Part shown: piece after piece, positions 21,906-34,608 of the stretch
Layout: each line of letters opens with the position of its first letter
How positions within the stretch are numbered: the stretch's first letter is position 1
Source of the DNA: Centroscyllium fabricii
Lineage: Eukaryota
Length of the DNA: 64,000 bases
Direction of reading: 5' to 3'
Assembly: GCA_051313645.2 (NCBI GenBank)
Contig: JBNRSN020000031.1
Coordinates: 36,084,001 to 36,148,000 of the forward strand
The notes under the pieces: model-generated
What the model saw: only the letters and a program-made list of their open reading frames with translations
Told to the model about the DNA's origin: nothing
The model's database searches: none
Made by a program: the position numbers and the translations under genes

Positions 21906-23893
21906 CTGAGAACTCATTTTTAATGTGGAAGCAAGTCATCCTCGGTTCCAAGGGACTGCCTGAGAAGAAGAGATTAATCGAGGTTTTACCGAGGCTATCC
22001 CGGTATTGTAACTTCCCGATGAAAGATGCTGCTGAAGATGGTAAAGGGTTGGCTGCAAGCAACAATGGGCAGAAAAGAAGTGGTTCTTTGCCGATGGTGG
22101 CTATTGGCGCTTGCTCGTCCGATTTGGCCACCGTTTCGGTTGATTTGCTGCATGTTTGGGTTGTAAATCTAAACAGAAGCATTGAATTGGGACAGATTTA
22201 CCTGTTACACACTCTTGTCAAACATATCCCGAAAAGTTCATGACCTTTCTGGTTGATAAAACCGCAAGGAAAGAGAGGTCGTTGCTGTCAAAAGGCTCAG
22301 GGTGTGCTTCGTGGTTCCCTTATTCCAGTAACTTTATCTTCAGTTTCTAACCCCTTTTTATTCGAGCCCTTTTGCCGTTTTTAATGAAAGACTTTTTTTT
22401 AATTCCTGTAGGCTTTGGCAGTATGAAGAGTGCCAACCTGTTCAAGTTGTAGTGTATATACATAAATCTCTCTGGAATGTGCCAGCAGGCATTTTCCAAC
22501 ATACTGCGTGTGTATAAACAGCTATTACAGTGTCTGTGTGTGCCTCTAGTCCGTTTCAGGACAAGGTTTGTTTTGAGCGCTGGAGGAGACTTGCAATGAA
22601 TATTATTGTTTCAAAACGTTGACAGCGGAGGGGAAGCCGAGCAGTCCATCCATTGATGTGCCATTCCCGCCGTGTGTCTCTCTCTCTTTTCTCCCCCCGC
22701 CCCCCCGTCCCCTGGAGGTTCTAGACGTGAGGTGGCCCACTCGAGTGCTTGGCTGGTATGTGCTTTCCTTATTGACATGAAATGTGCTTTTATTCTGCGC
22801 TCTGTGGGCTCCCGGTATTTGGCACGGCGATTTTAATGTGAGCATTGCTGGCAAAGTTTGACGTGTTAAATCATTGCTGCTTTCGTGACTTGTGACTTCC
22901 GCCGACTTTAGGTGTTGTGCTCCTGTTAACTTAGAGTATTTCAGAGAATCCTTAGAAATACGCACCGGTTTTGTGTTTGGCTATTTCTGTGATTGGATCC
23001 GAGAGTGTTTCCTTTTTACTCCACTGATGTCTGTGTCTTGGACGGTGGCGTCGTTAGGAATATCCTTAGAATAAGTGACAAACACACAAGAAGGCAACTG
23101 TTGCCAAACCATTGCAAATGTTTCGCTTTACATGGAAAAAAAATAATGCCCTTGATGTCGGGAAATCTTCGCACATATTCACAAGTAAACTTGGCAATTA
23201 GTGAATGAAGGAAATGATGTTCCCTGGATTCGTACAAAGCTTGCTTCTGATATATTTATAGTGTTTTAGGCCTCTATCCCATTTACGGCAGTTTCTGCGC
23301 CGATCTTGCCGACGGGAACTTGTGCCCAAATTTCCTGTGGCGTTCATTTGCCGATGCCAAACCATAATAACCAGTGTAAAACGAGCGCACGTGCAGCGCC
23401 ACCAGTAGGGACCTGAGGAAACTCTGAACGCTATAAAAGTGCGGAACATGCTCCATTCCTCAGATTAAGGCTTGGGGAGTTAACGGTAAGTGTCGAGATT
23501 ATTTCTCGCTCCAACTTTTGTTTAAATTGCTTCATTCACAGTGTTTCAACAGCATTTCCATTTTCCCCTTGGGAAAGCTGTTCCAGCTGCTTGGGCAGTT
23601 GTAATGCAAATTTGTGTGCACGGATTCTGATAGCGCTTTGGCGAAGTGTCATGCAGGTCTCAGTAAGAAAAACCACAGAGAAGCGGGAAGAAAAATCACA
23701 AACGAACTCCAGAAATAAAGCTACAAACTTTTGGGGACTCTCCCAAGGTGGAATTCCTCGGGTACGCCGATGTCGGGTGACTTCCGACCATGTTGCTCCT
23801 AACTATAATATGAGCGTAAATGTCTGCCAACATATTACTGGCGTAAATGCAGGAAACTCACAAGAGCTGCTCTTTCTTAACATGGGGCAGAGC

Positions 23894-24296
23894 TATAGAA
23901 ACATAGAAGATAGGAGCAGGAGTCGGCCATTCGGCCCTTCGAGCCTGCTCCGCCATTCAATGAGATCATGGCTGATCATCCAAACCCAGTACCCTGTCCC
24001 TGCCTTGTCCCCATATCCCTCGATCCCTATCGAACCTGCACCAAAACACATCCCACCCTATCCCCGTAACCCCACATATTCAATCACCCTAACACTAAGG
24101 GTCAATTTATCCTGGCCAATCAACCTAACCCGCACATCTTTGGACTGTGGGAGGAAACCGGAGCACCCGGAGGAAACCCACGCAGACACGGGGAGAATGT
24201 GCAAACTCCACACAGATAGTACCCGAGGCCGGATTTGAACCCGGGTCTCCAGTGCTGTGAGGCAACAGTGCTAACCACTATGCCACCGTGCCGCCC
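23894..24296 (-). mobile_element. HE1-like V-SINE, full length
   Basis: tRNA head, V core and CR1 tail, all on the minus strand. Confidence 0.93.
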
Positions 24297-24498
24297 TATG
24301 TTAATGAGCGGCGCGGAAGAGCGAGGGAAATGTGCGTAGCGATGTTTCAGCGTAAGACCGTGTAAATCAGTTGCGTGCGAGTTTCCTCATTAAGTATAAT
24401 CACTAGGCTGTTCTTACACCGTAAATATGCCGAAAAAGATGAGGAAATTCCGTGCCTTAAACGTTGAAAGAAAATGTTTATCTGCATAATGCCTAATA

Positions 24499-25075
24499 CA
24501 GGTTGAGCACCGTTAATCCGGCACGGGCAGGACCAGGCCCGTGGCGGGAAAGCGAAAGTCCCGAACGATTGAAGCTTCGGCGAGCGCATGCACAGACCAT
24601 TCAAAATAGCCTCCGCGAAAGGCCGGTGGCCATTTTGAGTGGTCTGCGCATGCGCTCATCGTTCGGTACGGCTCGAGGAGGCTCGGTACGGCCCGGCTCG
24701 GGGAGCCTCGGGAAGGCGCGGCCCGGCTCGGGGAGCCCCGGCCTGGCTCGGGAAGGCGAGGCCCGGTTCGGTAAGGCGAGACCCGGCTCGGGAAGCCCGG
24801 CTCGGTAAGGCGAGGCCCGGCTCGGGAAGGCGAGGCCCAGCGCGGTAAGGCGAGACCCAGCCCGGGATCGTTTGGCAGCGCATACGCAGATCATTAAAAA
24901 CTTCGGCGGCCATTGTGAATGATCTGCACATGCGCTCGCCGTTCAGCGGCGCATGCACAGATCATTCACTGAAGCATCAATTGCGGCGCCCATTTTGCGC
25001 ATGCGCAGAGCAGTCGGTGCAATTTGTTACTGAAGACTGAAGTTGCCGGCTTATCGGGTAAAGGTGCCCAACCTG
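24499..25075. mobile_element. Tigger/pogo-like MITE with internal ~20-bp GC tandem array
   Basis: TA-CAGGTTGAGCACC..GGTGCCCAACCTG-TA; GGCCCGGCTCGG(G/T)AAGGCGA repeats at 24665-24865. Confidence 0.9.
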
Positions 25076-25415
25076 TATTGTACTGAGCCTCCAATGTCGC
25101 TGATTGGCCCATGCCGTCACATATGGGCCAATCAGAACCCCACAACAGCATGTGAGGCAGGCATTTCTTTCATTTTTCCCTTTCTATTTTTTTTAGCTTT
25201 GTTCCTTTTTAAATTAATATAAATCTCCTCCTTTCTGGGCATGGCCACAGACCCAGGCCTCGGCGTACTCTGCCTCAATGTCCGATCTTTCACAGATCCA
25301 ACCTTGCATCTCAACGGCCAGCCTTCCTGCTAAAGCCTGACTTCTCCAACCCGACTTCCTTTGCTCTCTTTCCTTCTCTCTCTCTTTCTGTCTCTTTTTC
25401 TCTTTCTCTCTCTCT

Positions 25416-25712
25416 ACATTACAACAGTGATTACACTTCAAAAAATGGCAGTTGATTGGCTAGATCGGTTGTTAATTGTAAGAGATTGACAGCTTTCTGT
25501 TAACCAAAGGTATGAAGGGCTACGGGCCAAAGGCGGGTTTGTGGAGTTAGTTCGCAGATCGGCCGCGATCTCATTGAATGGTGGAACAGGCCCGAGGGGC
25601 TGAATGGCCTCCCCCTGTTCCTGTGTTCCTAAAAAGTACTTAATTGGCTGTAAAGTGCATTGAGATGTCCGGTGGTCGTGAAAGGCGCTATAGAAATGCA
25701 AGTTTTTCTTTT
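25416..25712 (+). mobile_element. DeuSINE tail interrupted by a CR1 3' end
   Basis: ACATTACAACAGTGATTACACTTCAAAAA..AAAAGTACTTAATTGGCTG; CR1 tail at 25445-25630. Confidence 0.7.
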
Positions 25713-26435
25713 CAAGTCTTTTTCTCTCTCTCTTTCTCGCCAGCTGCCCCTAGCACTTTCATAGCTGCGTTCCTGTGCATTTGTGTATCTGGAAAAGCAT
25801 GAACAATGGGAGATTATGAAAGCTTAAGGGCTGATCTCTTGAAATTACACAGAGAATATTTCTATGCAGGAAATTTAAAAGCAAAAAATATCTGTTTGCA
25901 TGTCACGTTTTTGGGCAGATCTCCATCCAAAAGAAACATTTCGCCTGGGCTTAGGGTTCTCTGCGAGCTGTGCAGTCCATGGCCCTGGAATTGTCACACA
26001 TTCCATGGTGGACTGGAGTGGCGAGAACTCTTTGAACATGACTGTAAATGGTGGCAGTGGAATCGTCACACTCACTAACCCTGCGGTGCGCTTCATTCAT
26101 TCTCTCTCATGACGGCAGAAAGTGTTGGTGCTCAGATAGCACCCTGCCCTTAAATGCAGGCCCTCTGAGGTCCCGGTCTTTGGGCTGTGTAGCGGAACAT
26201 GGACATGCAGCTTTCGTCCTTCCCTCCTCACCTGCCCCACCCCTTCCCCGAACCCACCCCCACCACCGTCTTCATCAGCTGGTGCCTGGCCCATTCCAGC
26301 TCAGGATCTCCTTCCAATAATGAAGTGCGGCTGATGTGGGAAAATCACTTGTGGTGGGCTTCTCTCCCCATTGCCTCACCATTCTCAGGTCGTTAACGCT
26401 GCGACTGAAAAATTCCCCCCCCGTACGTGTCTTAA

Positions 26436-27735
26436 AGAAAAGAAAGACTTGCATTTCTATAGCGCCTTTCACGACCACCGGACGTCCCAAAGCGCTTTAC
26501 CGCCATTGAAGTAATACATAGATAGAAACATAGAAGATAGGAGCAGGAGTAGGCTATTCGGCCCTTCGAGCCTGATCCACCATTCAATGAGATCATGGCT
26601 GATCATCCAAACCCAGCACCCTATCCCTGCCTTGTCCCCATATCCCTCTCCTACCTACACCGACACATATCCCTCTCCTACCTACACCGACACATATCCC
26701 ACCCTATCCCCGTAACCTCACATATTCAATCCCCCTAACACTAAGGGTCAATTTATCCTGGCCAATCAACCTAACCAGAACTGCACGCAGTACTCCAGGT
26801 GTGGTCTCACCAATACCCTGTACAACTGCAGCAAAACCTCCCGGCATTTATACTCAATCCCCTTAGCAATAAAAGCCAACATTCCGTTGGCCTTCCTGAC
26901 CACCTGCTGCACCTGCATACCTTTTGTGTTTCCTGCACCAGGACCCCCAGATCCCTTTGCACTGAAGTAGTTTCCAGTTTCTTTCCATTTAGATAATAAC
27001 TCGCTCTATTATTTTTCCTGCCAAAGTGCATAACTTCACACTTTTCAGTATTATACTCCATCTGCCAAATCTCTGCCCACTCACTTAGCCTATCTGTCCT
27101 TTTGCAGGTTTTTAATGTCCTCCTCACTCATCACACTCCTCACTCATCTTTGTGCCATCCGCAAACTTTGATATGTTGCACTTGGTCCCTTCCTCCAAAT
27201 CATTAATATAGATTGTAAAGAGTTGGGGTCCCAGCACCGACCCTTGCGAAACACCACGAGTCACTGACTGCCAGTTTGAGAACAAACCATTTATCCCAAC
27301 TCTCTGCATTCTCCTGAAGTGTAGTTATTGAGTCCGAGCTATGCGTCTCATAGAACAACGGACTCGACTCCAGGGTGTAAAACAAATAGGTTTTTATTCA
27401 TCAACTACAGAGTATGGAACTGAGCATATCGCTCCACGCACGAACTTATATACACTAGTGGTAGACCGCGGTACTACAGTATTGCACTACACAAAGTAGT
27501 GCCCAGTATAATAACTTAAAGGCACATACACAACAGTAGTCACTGTTGTAATGTAGGAAACGCGGCAGCCAAATCTGCGCACAGCAAGCTCCCACAAACT
27601 GCAACGCGATAATGAGCAGATAATCTGTTTTAATGATGTTGATTGACCAGGACACCGAGGATCACTCCCCTGCTCTTCTTCGGAATAGTGCCACGGATCT
27701 TTTACGCCCACCCGAGAGGGCAGAGGGGACCTCGT
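26436..27735 (-). mobile_element. Nested cluster: DeuSINE pieces, HE1-like 3' half (26517-26775) and CR1 RT fragment (26776-27312)
   Basis: Each piece matches other copies in the window; [16 protein letters not shown] on the minus strand. Confidence 0.78.
27326..27535 (-). mobile_element. Solo LTR-like insertion in a DeuSINE
   Basis: 5-bp TSD GTAGT; ends TATTG..CAACA; TATA and AATAAA on the minus strand. Confidence 0.65.
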
Positions 27736-28017
27736 GGAAAACAAATGGTGGGGGAAGGGGTGGAAAACGAGGCACGCAAACAGATGTAGTGCTCGGGCTC
27801 GAATGGATGTAAACCGTTTCAAAGGTTAAACGCATGCAATGTTTTCAGGCCACCACTGTTGCATCTGCCTATGCACATTAGTCGAAAGGCAACTTGAGTG
27901 TTAGCAGCAGGGCCGCTGCTTGTTGAACGGCAGCTTTGCAAATGATGGTATCCATCAGACCTTAATGTGCAGAATGGGTGTGTAAATGGCCAATGTGTTT
28001 TAATGTAGTTAAGTGTG

Positions 28018-29220
28018 AATTCAATTCAATTCAATTTTATTGTCATTGCAGAGTACTAGTACAATACAATGAAATGAAGACTCGCTGCTCCAGATATTAG
28101 TGCAAATAAGTTACATACAATTGCATACAATAAAGTACATTTCAGGTGTGCAGATACTGGAATTTTTTGTTAGAGTTCAGGAGGCTGACAGCCCTGGGGA
28201 AGAAGCTGTTCTTGAATCTAGTCGTGCGGGTGCAAATTGATCTGTAGCGTCTCCTGGAGGGCAGGGGGGCGAACAGACTATGTCTGGGGTGTGTGGGGTC
28301 TTTAATAATGTTCTGAGACCTCCGTAGCATTTAAGGGCAGCACGGTGGCATAGTGGTTAGCACTGTTGCCTTACAGCACTGGAGACCCGGGTTCAAATCC
28401 AGCCTCGGGTGACTATCTGTGTGGAGTTTGCACATTCTCCCCGTGTCTGCGTGGGTTTCCTCCGGGTGCTCCGGTTTCCTCCCACAGTCCAAAGATGTGC
28501 GGGTTAGGTTGATTGACCAGGATAAATTGACCCTTAGTGTTAGGGGGATTGAATATGTGGGGTTGGTGGGATGTGTGTCGGTGCAGGCTCGATAGGGATC
28601 GAGGGATATGGGGACAAGGCAGGGACAGGGTGCTGGGTTTGGATGATCAGCCATGATCCCATTGAATGGCGGAGCAGGCTCGAAGGGCAGAATGGCCGAC
28701 TCCTGCTCCTATCTTCTATGTTTCTATGGATGAACCCTAATATTAAATGCCAAATAACAGAGGGTAGAGCAGAGAAACAGGCCATGCGGCCTAACTGGCC
28801 CGTGCCGTATTGATGCTCCACATGAGCCTCCTCCCACTCCTCTTCATCTAACCCAGCCAACCTAACCTTCTGTTCCTTTATCACTCATGTGTTTATTTAT
28901 GAGGGAATCAAGGGATTTGGGGATCGGGCCGGAAAGTGGAGTTGAAGGCGAAGATCAGCCGTGATCTCATTGAATGGCGGAGCAGGCTCGAAGGGCCGAA
29001 TGGTCTACTCCTGCTCCTATCTTCTATGTTTCTATGTTTGAGGTAGGTGCATTCAATTGATGGTAGCTGGGTGCCAGTGATTGGTTGGGCAGTTTTGACT
29101 ACCCGCTGCAGGGCCTTCCAGTCCGAGATGGTGCAGTTTCCAGACTGTGAAGCAGCTTGTCAGTATGCTTTCGATTGTGCAGCGGTAGAAGTTGGTGAGG
29201 ATGCCGGATGTCAGCTTGCT
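28018..29220 (-). mobile_element. Rex1/Babar LINE 3' fragment interrupted by SINE and CR1 tails
   Basis: IIKDPTHPRHSLFAPLPSRRRYRSI..FKNSFFPRAV; tail GACAATAAAA(TTGAA)n. Confidence 0.85.
28335..28728 (+). mobile_element. HE1-like V-SINE, full length
   Basis: GGGCAGCACGGTGGCATAGTGGTTAGC head, V core, CTATGTTTCTATG tail. Confidence 0.93.
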
Positions 29221-29324
29221 GGTGCATGTATTGGTGCATGTAATCGAATAATATTGTTAATAATCATCAACAATCAACACCATCAATTATCAAAATGAGA
29301 AAGCTTCGACATTCCCGATTCAGC

Positions 29325-30172
29325 GACTCTGCATTTTGGTCGGAGGAACAAGGAGGTCACGTACTCCTTGGAAAATAAGAGTCGAAATGGGGTAATGGAG
29401 CAAAGCGATCTCTGGGTGTGCATTCACAAATCATTAAAAGTAGCAATGCAAGTTAACAAGGCCATTTAAAATGAAGCAAACCGAGCACAGGGGCTCATTT
29501 CTAGAGGAATAGAATTAAGAAGCAGCAAAGTTATGTTAAACTTGTATGGAACCTTGGTTGGACCACACTTGGCGTACTGTGTCCAGTTCTAGTCTCCAGA
29601 TTACAAAAATCATGTAGAGGCAGCGAAGGTGCAAAAAAAAGATTTGCAAGGATGATACCCGAACTGTGAGGTTATACGTATCAGGAAAGACTGAATAGGC
29701 TGGGAGGTGACCTGATCGAGGTCTTTAATATTGTGAAGGGGTTTCCTAGGGTAGACATAAAGATGTTTCCATTTGTGGGACTTGAGCACAGAAGTCTAGG
29801 TCTGACACTCCAGTGCAGTGCTGAGGGAGGTGCTGCACTGTCGGAGGTGCCGTCTTTCGGATGCGACGTTAAACTCAGGCCCCGTCTGCTCTCTCAGGTG
29901 GACGTAACAGATCCTATGGCACTATTTCAAAGAAGAGCAGGGGGGAGTCCTCCTGGGCCAATATTTATCCCTCAATCAACATCACTTAAAACCGATTATC
30001 TGGCAATGATCACATTGCTGTTTGTGGGAGCTTGCTGTGCACAAATTGGCTGCAGCGTTTCCTACATAATAACAGTGACCACACTTCAAAAAGTACTTAA
30101 TTGGCTGTAAAGCACTTTGGGACGTCCGACGGTCGTGAAAGGCGCTATGGAAATGCAAGTCTTCTTTTTTCT
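29325..30172 (+). mobile_element. Old CR1 fragment (29325-29776) followed by a DeuSINE (29777-30172)
   Basis: Degenerate RT C-terminus; Deu domain GCACTGTCGGAGGTGCCGTCTTTCGGATG..; tail GAAAGGCGCTAT..AAATGCAAGTC. Confidence 0.8.
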
Positions 30173-30329
30173 TTCTAATAAAGTTTTTAAAAAAGGTGCA
30201 AAACTAACTTAAAGTAGTGAACGAGTTTTTCCTCCTGTTGCCTTTGGATCTTCTGCCAATCGCCTTAAATCTGTGTCCTCTCGCTCTAGGCCCTCCCGTC
30301 AATGGAAACCGTTTCTCTCCATCTACTCT

Positions 30330-31055
30330 GTCTTTCAGATGCAACGTTAAACCGAGGCCCTCTCTGCTCTCTCAGACATGAAAGATCCCACAACGCTATT
30401 TTGAAGAAGAGCAGGGGAGTTCACCCCGGTGTCCTGGGGCCAATATTTATCCCTCAATCAACATCACTAAAAACTGATTATCTGGTCAATAGAAACATAG
30501 AAGATAGGAGCAGGAGTCGGCCATTCGGCCCATCGAGCCTGCTCCGCCATTCAATGAGATCATGGCTGATCATCCAAACCCAGTACCCCGCCCCTGCCCT
30601 CTCCCCATATCCCTCGATCCCTATCGAGCCTGCACCGACACGTATCCCACCCTATCCCCGTAACCCCACATATTCAATCCCCCTAACACTAAGGGTCAAT
30701 TTATCCTGGCCAATCAACCTAACCCGCACATCTTTGGACTGTGGGAGGAAACCGGAGCACCCGGAGGAAACCCACGCAGACACGGGGAGAATGTGCAAAC
30801 TCCACACAGATAGTCACCCGCGGCCGGATTTGAACCCGGGTCTCCAGTGCTGTAAGGCAACAGTGCTAACCACTATGCCACCATGCCGCCCTATATCACA
30901 TTGCTGTTTGTGGGAGCTTGCTGTGTTCAAATTGGCTGCCGTGTTTCCAACATTACAACAGTGACTACACTTCACAAAGTACTTCATTGGCTGCAAAGTG
31001 CTTTGGGACGTCCGGTGGTCGTGAAAGGCGCTGTGTAAATGCAATTCTTTCTTTT
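30330..31055 (+). mobile_element. DeuSINE interrupted by a full HE1-like SINE (30489-30892, minus)
   Basis: GATTATCTGGTCA|..|TATCACATTGCTG is continuous across the insertion. Confidence 0.88.
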
Positions 31056-31430
31056 TGTGGGGGAGTCCAAAATTAGGGGCATAAATATAAGATAGTAATA
31101 AATGGCAAATGGTTAGAATGTAGAAGTTGCTGCCACATGGAGTAGTTGAGGTGAATAGTGCAGATGCCTTTAAGCTAAATATATACATGAGGGAGAAAGG
31201 ACTGGAAGGATATGCATCGAGGGTCCGATGACGCAGGGTGGGGAGGAGGCGCGTGTGGAGCCTAAACACCAGCTCAGACCAATTGGGCCACATGGCCAGT
31301 GACTGCTGTAAATTTTATGTAACGACAACTGATCAAAGGAGGCATTAAGGAGGTTGTTCTACTGGTGATGACCTATAGCTGTGTTTATTTGACAAATGAG
31401 AACATTTTCATACGGCACAAAGATGCCGTA

Positions 31431-31945
31431 TGTCCAAAGATGTGCGGGTTAGGTTGATTGGCCATGATAAATTGACCCTTAGTGTTAGGGGGGTGGTAAA
31501 CCACTGTATATATGTATGTAACCATCTGCATTGTGTGTGACCTCTGCTGTACTGTACATAGCCCTTTCATGTGTAGCATGCCCATGCTGACCCCGCCTGC
31601 GGCTCCTCCTCCTCGGACCCAGGTATAAAGGTAACTGTTTCCCTCCCCCATTCATTCTGTGATCGGTCGACTAGCATGGGTATGCTCATGTCTTAGTTAA
31701 TAAAAGCCTATAGTTCACTCCTCAACTTCTAGTCTTTTGAAGTTATTGATTAGGCATCAATGGGGATTAAATATATGGGGTTACAGGGATAGGGTGGGAT
31801 ATGTGTCGGTATAGGGATCTAGGGGTATGGGGAGTGTGCAGGGACAGAGTACTGGGTTTGGATGATCAGCCATGATCTCACTGAATGGCGGAGCAGGCTC
31901 GAAGGGCCGAATGGCCGACTCCTGCTCCTATCTTCTATGTTTCTA
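31431..31945 (+). mobile_element. HE1-like 3' half interrupted by a solo LTR (~31492-31759)
   Basis: SINE sequence resumes after ..GGCATCA; the insert has TATAAA, AATAAAAGCC and a GTGGTAA start like 47030. Confidence 0.78.
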
Positions 31946-32191
31946 AATATGAAAGGATGAAAGTGTAATCTTGGTGGTTCCCACCGTTTGAGTTTCCCTC
32001 TGTTCACGGGCGCTGGAGTGATGCTTCATACATGATCTCATTCTCGTTCCTTGCTCTTCTGCCTTCTATGCAGTAATCTATCTCCTGCATATTTTCTTTT
32101 AATATAAACTGCTTGAGTGGTATCTGTAAACACTGCTTGCTTTCTGCCTTGTTGAGACAAAACTTCAGAGATTCCACAATTTAAATAATAT

Positions 32192-33870
32192 CGAGCCAGA
32201 AATTCAGGTCGGAGGCTTCCCGCGTGTGCGAGCCTCCAACCTGCACTTACCCAGCGCGCCGGCCGTTGAGCCGTGGGCCCGCGTGGAATTCCGATGCGGG
32301 GCCTTCCTGAACTGCCGGCGCGCCGCGCTCCCAGAACCCAGCGGCGAAGATAGTGCGAGGGATCGCGCGGGGAGCCAATCGGAGCACAGAATGCTCCATT
32401 CATAAGTTTGACCGGAAGAGCTGTCAAAAGTATGAAAACTACAAGCCCCAAAACCTCAGTAAATATTCAAATACATTTTTTTAAAACACCACATTTTTAA
32501 AAATAACTATCAATTACATAAATTAACTATTTTAAACAAAAAATTAAAAAAATTGGAAAAAAAATCACGTTTTTAACGGGGCTAAAAATAAACTTACCTT
32601 TCTTTAAAGTATTTAAGAACATAAGAAATAGGAGCAGGAGTCGGCCAATCGGCCCCTCGAGCCTGCTCCACCATTCAACAAGATCATGGCTGATCTGATC
32701 CTAACCTCAATTTTATTTTTACTCTCCATCTCGCCCAAACCCATGTGATCTCCCGGGAGAGGCGAAAAACCAGATTAAAAAACCCAGTGGCCAATTTGGG
32801 AGGAAAAATCTGGGAAATTCCTCTCCGACCCATCTAGGCGATCGAAAACTGGTCCAGGAAATCACATGGCTGATCTGAACCTAGACTCACGTCCACTTAC
32901 CTGCCCGCTCACCATAACCCCTAATTCCCTTTACTTCCAGGAAACTGTCTGTCTCTGTTTTACATTTATTCAATGTAGTAGCTTCCACAGCTCTCTGGGG
33001 CAGCAAATTCCACAGACCTACCACCCTCTGAGTGAAGAAGTTTCTCCTCATCTCAGTTTTGAAAGGGCAGCCCCTTATTATCAGATTATGCCCCCTAATT
33101 CTAGTCTCACCCACCATTGGGAACATTATCAAAGATGTGCGGGTTAGGTTGATTGGCCAGGATAAATTGACCCTTAGTGTTAGGGGGATTGAATATGTGG
33201 GGTTACGGGGATAGGGTGGGATATGTGTCGGTGCAGGCTCGATAGGGCTCGATAGGGATATGGGGAGAAGGCAGGGACAGGGTACTGGGTTTGGATGATC
33301 AGCCATGATTTCATTGAATGGCGGAGCAGGCTCGAAGGGCCGAATGGCCTACTCCTGCTCCTATCTTCTATCACCGCATCCACCCGATCCAACCCCTTCA
33401 CAATCTTATATGTTTCAATAAGATTGCCTCTCATTCTTCTGAACTTCAATGAGTAGAGGCCCAATCTACTCAACCTTTCGTCATATGTCAGCCCCCTCAT
33501 CTCCGGAATTAACCTAGTGAACCTTCTTTGCACTGCCTCGAGAGCAAGTATGTCCTTTCTTAAATTTAAAATAAAACACCTGTGGGAAAAAATGTTTTAA
33601 ATTGAATTAATTCACCACTTAGCTTCTGCACATGAAAATATCAGCCGCATCTTTTTCCAATACTCACCCGCACACAGACCGGTTAAAAACAAAAATCGGA
33701 AGTGCATTGAGCACGTGCTGCCGCGCACGCGTTCCGACCCCTGATACTTTCTGTCGGGATCAGAAGTGCCAGTTTCGCGCGCATGCGCGGTGCATGCACG
33801 AGACCGGCACTTCCGATGGGCCTACGGGTGAGTACCCAGCGCGTGCGTTGGGAGCCGAATTTCTGGGCCA
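32192..33870. mobile_element. GC-rich Harbinger-like MITE carrying nested CR1 fragments and an HE1-like SINE piece
   Basis: TIRs GAGCCAGAAATTC / GAATTTCTGGGCC, the same type as 53575-54335. Confidence 0.65.
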
Positions 33871-33876
33871 TAATCA

Positions 33877-34399
33877 ATTCAATTCAATTCAAGTTTTATT
33901 GTCATTGCAGAGTACTAGTACAATACAACGAGACGAAGACTCGACGCTCCCGAGAGTAGCGCAAATAAATTACATGCAAATTGCATACAGTAAAGTACAT
34001 TTTCAGGTGTGCAGGTACCGGAGTTTATTTTTTTAGAGTTCAGGAGGCTGACAGCCCTGGGGAAGAAGCTGTTCTGAAATCTAGTCGTGCGGGTGCAAAT
34101 TGATCTGTAGCGTCTCCCGGAGGGCAGGGGGGCGAACAGACTGTGGCTGGGGTGTGTATGGGGTCTTTAATAATGTTCAGAGACCTCCGTAGGCAGCGTT
34201 TGAGGTAGATGCTTTCCATTGATGGTAGCTGGGTACCGGTGATTCGTTGGGCAGTTTTGACTACCTGCTGCAGGGTCCTCCGGTCCGAGATAGTGCAATT
34301 TCCATACCAGACTGTGATGCAGCTTGTCAGTATGCTTTCGATTGTGCAGCGGTAGAAGTTGGAGAGGATGCCGGATGACAGCCTGGCTTTCTTCAGCTT
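33877..34399 (-). mobile_element. Rex1/Babar LINE 3' fragment (same family as 28018-29220)
   Basis: FYRCTIESILTSCITVWYG; tail GACAATAAAAC(TTGAA)n. Confidence 0.9.
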
Positions 34400-34543
34400 C
34401 ATAGAATCATAGAATCCCTACAGTACAGATAGAGGCCATTTCGGCCCATCGAGCCTGCATCGACACATATCCCACCCTATCCCCGTAACGCCACATATTT
34501 TATCCCCCTAACGCTAAGGGTCAATTTATCCTGGCCAGTCAAC
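34400..34543 (-). mobile_element. HE1-like SINE 3' fragment with the alternative (ATTCTATG)n CR1 tail
   Basis: Reverse strand ..GCAGGCTCGATGGGCCGAAATGGCCTCTATCTGTACTGTAGGGATTCTATGATTCTATG. Confidence 0.85.
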
Positions 34544-34608
34544 ACTGGTGCTGGAGTGATGCTTCATACATGATCTCATTCTCGTTGCTTGCTCTTCTGC
34601 CTTCTATG

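Larger units (their letters stand above)
20297..21970 (+). mobile_element. RTE-clade LINE 3' fragment interrupted by a solo LTR
   Basis: LERYHQRCLRKILQIHWQDRRTN, RKRFKDTLKAS, TWESLAQDR; the sequence is continuous across the CTGAG TSD and ends GGGACTGCCTGAGAAGAAGA. Confidence 0.88.

Noticed and set aside
28335-28410. tRNA genes (also 24225-24296, 36910-36995, 56533-56605)
   Set aside because: These are tRNA-derived SINE heads that continue directly into SINE cores.
30302-30964. Recurrent peptide RNIEDRSRSRPFGPSSLLRHS.. in many ORFs
   Set aside because: It is the antisense translation of the HE1-like SINE/CR1 tail.
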